Both the position numbers and the translations under genes were made by a program. The notes beneath the pieces are model-generated. The model made no database searches, had not been told where the DNA came from, and saw only the letters and a list, made by a program, of their open reading frames with translations. A stretch of DNA of 64,000 nt from Deferrisomatales bacterium (GTDB lineage: Bacteria > Desulfobacterota > Deferrisomatia > Deferrisomatales > JACRMM01): the NCBI GenBank assembly GCA_033551855.1, contig JAWSUI010000006.1, forward strand, positions 58,788-122,787, read 5' to 3'. Of this stretch, positions 59,741 to 64,000 are shown in pieces (the first letter of the stretch is position 1; every line of letters begins with the position of its first letter).

Positions 59741-59871
59741 CCCGCCGCCTCATTCACCGACGTCCTGCAAACCGGATCGACGCCATCCAGGGAGTGCGGA
59801 GATAAGAGATCGGCGACCTCGATGGTAGTCATCTTCACGGCAAGTTCTCTCGTCCTTTTTCGCTGCATCAT
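59737..59871 (-). pseudogene. 44-aa ORF, possible relic of a metal-binding gene
   Basis: ATGA overlaps on both sides; MTTIEVADLLSP.S..GV then DPVC (YHS-like). Confidence 0.35.
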
Positions 59872-61031
59872 TCCTCCGGCTCTTCGGCACCCTTGAAGCC
59901 GATGCCGCGGAACTCGGCGTGACGAGCGACGACCCGCTCCAGCGCCGAGTGCGGGACATCGGGGCTTGCCAGGTGCGGAATGGGCCTCGTCGTGGCGGGC
60001 AAGAACGCCTTGGTCACCCCGAGCGTCGTGTCGGTCTTCTCGATGGATCGTCCGGCGTCCCGTTCAAGGTCTGTCAGCGCGCGGATGCAGTCGATGTTCT
60101 CGGGGGTGGTGATGGCTTCGTTGTGCACCTGGAAGGTGAGGTAGACCTCCCGATCATCGGTGGCGAGGGATTCCTCCCACACGGCGACCTCCCACATGTC
60201 GGCACGAGGTCGGCCGAGGTCGCGCATCAGCTCGATCACGGAGTTCAGGGCGACGAGCCCGTCGGAAGCCCGGACGAATGCGATCCGCGGCGCGTCCCAC
60301 AGCGCGTCGCGAAGCTCATCCACGCTCACCGGGCGTGTCGTCTCCACCATCGCGAAGTGGATGTGGCTCAGGTTGTGCGCCGCGGCGCCGGCGAGCGTCG
60401 TGATGTCGAGGCCGGGGATGACTTTCTGCAGGTCGGGCCCCTGGTGGCTCGGCACCTTCGTCTCGGGAATGACGGTGTTGATCATCCCCGTCACGTGCGA
60501 CTCCCACGGATCCGTGGCTCGGCGGAGCAGAACGGCCCGGGCGCGTTTCACCCATCCGCGCGAATGCAGCGCGCCCATCGCGCGGGCGAGCGCCGTCGTG
60601 TTGCAGGAGACGACGCGGGCGGAGTCGCGGCCGAGAGCGCCGGCATAGTTCACCTGCGCCACGAACGAGTAGCCGGCCACTTCGTGCTTCTCACCGCCCT
60701 GCCACACTGCCTTTACCCCGGCGGCTTGGTAGCGCTCGCGGTTCTCCGCGCCGACGCGCTTCGGCGTGCAGTCCACAACGATCTCCGTTCGAGCGAGAAG
60801 GTCGTCGAGCGTCCCCACAACGGGGATGTCGGCCGCTTCCATCTCGGCACGCCGTGCGGGATCCGAGGCGAACACCGGATAGCCTCGTTCCACGGCGACG
60901 CGGACGCGATAGTCGTGGACCACGTCCGCAACCCCCACGAGCTCCATGTCATCCTGCAATCTCACCGCGTCCGCTACGCGCTTGCCGATGACCCCGTAAC
61001 CGTTGATCCCCACGCGCACTCTTCGAGACAT
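59868..61031 (-). CDS. Type II (archaeal-type) glyceraldehyde-3-phosphate dehydrogenase
   Basis: GGAGGAGG RBS; GINGYGVIGKRVADAV, DCTP, QGGEKH, VVSCNTT, RRATDP, PSHQGPD, VHNEAI..PENID. Confidence 0.92.
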   Translation of the reverse strand: MSRRVRVGINGYGVIGKRVADAVRLQDDMELVGVADVVHDYRVRVAVERGYPVFASDPARRAEMEAADIPVVGTLDDLLARTEIVVDCTPKRVGAENRERYQAAGVKAVWQGGEKHEVAGYSFVAQVNYAGALGRDSARVVSCNTTALARAMGALHSRGWVKRARAVLLRRATDPWESHVTGMINTVIPETKVPSHQGPDLQKVIPGLDITTLAGAAAHNLSHIHFAMVETTRPVSVDELRDALWDAPRIAFVRASDGLVALNSVIELMRDLGRPRADMWEVAVWEESLATDDREVYLTFQVHNEAITTPENIDCIRALTDLERDAGRSIEKTDTTLGVTKAFLPATTRPIPHLASPDVPHSALERVVARHAEFRGIGFKGAEEPEE

Positions 61032-61108
61032 CTCGTCCTCCTCCTTGATCTTGTTTCGTAGCGGCTCGCAGGCCGGGCGCACTCTTGAAGAGGTCTCCTG
61101 TCATATGT

Positions 61109-63070
61109 TTAGCTTTCGGCGAGCTCCACAAACGGCGGGATCGGACAATCCAGCGTGTCGGCGACGGCGCGAAGCAATTCGGCTTCGCGTTCCTCGATCA
61201 AGCCGTCCGCGCCGACGACATGCACGCAGGCTTCGAGCAGATCCTTTTTGATTTGCGGCACGGCCAACGCGAGGCGCTCGAGCGCGGCATCCAGTGGTTC
61301 CAGCCCACATTCTTCGCGCGGCAGGAGCTGCAGCCCATCTGCCTTCGCACGCAAATGGGGCGCGCCCGTCCGGAATGCCTTTTCGACTTCGCCGGCGTCC
61401 CTGTTGCCGGCGTTCGCCAGCGCCGAGAGCACGACGCTGCAATCCCGCACGAGCGGTTTGAGCGTGTGGTATTGAGTGGAGGTCGAGCGGGTTTCGCCCG
61501 ACTGCGGCGCGAGATGGCGGCGGACGATCTTCTGAAGGACGAACTCAAAGACTTGGATCTTCTCGTCGCTCTCCATGAGCCATTGCAACGCCTGGCTGAA
61601 TTGCTCGGCCTCGTCGGGCCGAAGATGACGCAGCGCGGGCAAAGCGAGGTTCGCGAGCGGCAGCCGCGCGCGAGCGGCGACGGGCGCGACTTCAGGCCAG
61701 AGCGCGGCGGTTGTTTCGCCAACCCCCGGCGCGGTTCGCTTGGCAAGCTCCGTGAGTTGCTTCGCGCGCAAGGGTTCGTCCGGGCTGAGGAGCATCGCGT
61801 AAATCAGCGCGGCGGCGGCGAGCGGTTCGCGGGCGGCGGAACGGACCGTTTCGGGGAATGAATTCCGCAACTCCACGGCGTAGCGCACGTGCAGCGGCGT
61901 TGGTTTACCCAGGTTTGGAAGCACGGCTCCCACTTCGACGCGGTTGGGAGCGAAGCCGGCGGCGCCAACCGACGCATCCGGCATCCCGGGAATCGGCGGA
62001 AACGGAAATCGTGACGGCGGCGGCTTCACCGCCCCGCGCGGAGCTTCTGCTTCAACCGCTGTAACGCTGCCTTGCTGGAAAGTTCCGTCCCAGCCTGGAT
62101 CGATGGCGCGGATGCGCTCGTCAAGCGGGGGGTGCGTGGCCAGGATCCCGAGGAACGGTTTGCTCAGGCCGTTTTCGAAGAACATGTGGCTGGCTTCCCC
62201 GGCGTGAGCGGATTCGACCCGCGAGCCGGCGCTGCCGATTTTTTGCAGCGCCCCGGAGAGCCCTGCAGGATTGCGGGTGAACTGAACCGAGGAGGCATCG
62301 GCCAGAAATTCTCGTTGCCGGCTGAGCGCGGCCTGGATGAGCCGGCCAAAGAAAACGCCGATCGCGCCGATGATGATCAGGGCAAGCCCCAAGAGCATCA
62401 GCGGATTCTTGTCCTTGCTGCTGCTGCGGCTGCGCGAGAAGAGCAGGATACGGCCAACCACCCCGAGGCACAGGATGCCGAAGACGACGCCCATGAGGCG
62501 CAGGTTCAGACGCATGTCGCCATTGAGGATGTGGCTGAATTCGTGACCGATGACGCCCTGCAATTCATCACGGCTGAGCAAGGTCATGCAGCCGCGCGTG
62601 ACGCCGATGGCGGCGTCGCCCGGTGCGTGGCCGGCCGCAAAAGCGTTGATGCCTTTTTCGTCGTCGAGCACATAGATCTTGGGAACGGGCACACCGGCGG
62701 CGATGGCCATTTCCTCGATCACGTTCCGGAGTTTGCGCTCCTCGGGATGGGTCGTGTTGGAGTTGACGAGCCGTCCGCCGAGCGATTCGGCGACGGCGCT
62801 GCCGCCCTTGGCCAATACTGCGGTCTTGTAGAGGCTGCCAATGATCACGACACCGAGCGTGCCGAGCACGACGTAGAAAAAAAGCTTGGGATCCCACAGG
62901 ACGAGCTCGGGCGTCGGGACGCCAGGTTGCGGTCGGGACTGGGTGCCGTAGAAAATCAGCAGACTGGCGATATAAACCGCCGCGATGATGCAGGCGACGG
63001 CGATCGCGAAGTAAAACACCAGCACCTTCGTGTTCTTCCTGGCTTTGTCCTGATGCTCGAAAAAATCCAT
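61109..63070 (-). CDS. M48 (HtpX-like) metalloprotease with C-terminal extension
   Basis: MDFFEHQ..AR, INAFAAG, GHEFSH, SRQREFLADA, THPP. Confidence 0.9.
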   Translation of the reverse strand: MDFFEHQDKARKNTKVLVFYFAIAVACIIAAVYIASLLIFYGTQSRPQPGVPTPELVLWDPKLFFYVVLGTLGVVIIGSLYKTAVLAKGGSAVAESLGGRLVNSNTTHPEERKLRNVIEEMAIAAGVPVPKIYVLDDEKGINAFAAGHAPGDAAIGVTRGCMTLLSRDELQGVIGHEFSHILNGDMRLNLRLMGVVFGILCLGVVGRILLFSRSRSSSKDKNPLMLLGLALIIIGAIGVFFGRLIQAALSRQREFLADASSVQFTRNPAGLSGALQKIGSAGSRVESAHAGEASHMFFENGLSKPFLGILATHPPLDERIRAIDPGWDGTFQQGSVTAVEAEAPRGAVKPPPSRFPFPPIPGMPDASVGAAGFAPNRVEVGAVLPNLGKPTPLHVRYAVELRNSFPETVRSAAREPLAAAALIYAMLLSPDEPLRAKQLTELAKRTAPGVGETTAALWPEVAPVAARARLPLANLALPALRHLRPDEAEQFSQALQWLMESDEKIQVFEFVLQKIVRRHLAPQSGETRSTSTQYHTLKPLVRDCSVVLSALANAGNRDAGEVEKAFRTGAPHLRAKADGLQLLPREECGLEPLDAALERLALAVPQIKKDLLEACVHVVGADGLIEEREAELLRAVADTLDCPIPPFVELAES

Positions 63071-63158
63071 GGGTCACTTCCTTGAAATGTTCAAGCGTTG
63101 CGACTGCCTTGGGCCGCCACGCTTCAACGGTTGTAACGCATTCATGTTCTAACCCTCC

Positions 63159-63761
63159 TCAAGAGAACGAAACCTTCGGCGCCTCTCGTTGCTCCGGCTC
63201 CTCGATGACGAACAGCTCGGCGGCGTTGAAGTGGAAGCTCGAGGCGATGATGCTGCTTGGAAAAATCTCCCGCCGCGTGTTGTAGGCCATCACCGAGTCG
63301 TTATACGCCTGCCGAGAGAAAGAGACTTTGTTCTCTGTCGAGGTCAATTCTTCCATCAGGCTCAGCATGGTCGTGTTCGCTTTGAGGTCGGGATACGCCT
63401 CGGAGAGGGCGAACAGGCGACCGAGCGCGCCGGTGAGCTCGCCTTCGGCGCTGGCGAGTTGCTTCATCGCGGAGGGTTCGCCGGGACTGGCGGCGGCGCC
63501 CGCATTGGCGGACGACGCGGCATTACGCGCGGCGATCACGGCTTCGAGCGTGCCGCGTTCGTGTTGAAGGTAGCCCTTGGCAGTCTCTACTAGGTTTGGA
63601 ATCAGGTCATAACGCCGCTTGAGCTGCACATCAATTTGCGCGTAGGCGTTCTTGAAGCGGTTGCGCAGCGCGACGAGTTTGTTGTAGATGCCGACAAAGA
63701 ACAGTGTTGCAACCAATACCAGAGCAGCCAGCACGATGATGAATATGAGAAATGGGCTCAT
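63159..63761 (-). CDS. lemA: LemA family protein
   Basis: GGAGG RBS; YNKLV.LRN, IDVQLKRRYDLIPNLV, EAYPDLKAN, ENKVSFSRQAYND. Confidence 0.95.
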   Translation of the reverse strand: MSPFLIFIIVLAALVLVATLFFVGIYNKLVALRNRFKNAYAQIDVQLKRRYDLIPNLVETAKGYLQHERGTLEAVIAARNAASSANAGAAASPGEPSAMKQLASAEGELTGALGRLFALSEAYPDLKANTTMLSLMEELTSTENKVSFSRQAYNDSVMAYNTRREIFPSSIIASSFHFNAAELFVIEEPEQREAPKVSFS

Positions 63762-64000
63762 AACATTATCCTCCTATGGTTAACTGTAAGACCAAGGCTC
63801 CAAGGTCGGTGCCGTTCTTATCTTTGTTTGTTAAGATCCACTCTTTCCGCCAACATGGTTAAAGTTTAAAGACTACCGGTCGTAAGACTTCGCCTTTAGG
63901 CGGAATTGCTTCAGCGGGTCTTTCCCCGTAAGGTTGGGTGGACGGCCGACGAGGAGGGATCGAAGGATGGCGGAATAACCGGAAGGGCGCGCACACGGTC

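Noticed and set aside
63860..63990. Structured leader upstream of lemA as a possible riboswitch
   Set aside because: Small hairpins are present but no riboswitch consensus could be matched by eye; needs an Infernal/Rfam scan
1..64000. Anti-phage defence, prophage, integrase, rRNA or tRNA genes
   Set aside because: No recognisable motifs for any of these were found

Overview
GC-rich bacterial window. The gene content (2-oxoacid:ferredoxin oxidoreductase, desulforedoxin, CheB/CheR fusion) suggests an anaerobic Desulfobacterota-like host; this is inference. It is an accessory mosaic. In order: a stress small-protein cluster (CsbD, BON/OsmY, two lmo0937-type peptides); a TPR gene cut by an IS1634 remnant; a sulfur-handling cassette (SLC13, MBL-rhodanese, two YeeE/YedE, a disulfide oxidoreductase); a sigma54-type divergent locus with an apparently circularly permuted esterase lipoprotein followed by three histidine kinases sharing an N-terminal HELxVHQxELExQNEEL coil around a CheB-CheR fusion, then a B12 radical SAM gene; a desaturase; USP plus a giant cyclic beta-1,2-glucan synthase; a 159-bp MITE; OFOR plus desulforedoxin; an IS3 remnant; a long minus-strand sugar-phosphate/copper island (ackA, GH144, xfp, tkt, pgm, fba, rpiB, CopB, archaeal-type GAPDH) full of deletion scars (relics of ackA, pgi, zwf, glgX, xfp, MFS, ATPase, methyltransferase, HAD); and lemA-M48. 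No rRNA, tRNA or CRISPR array was seen. Family assignments come from motif recognition by eye, not database searches.
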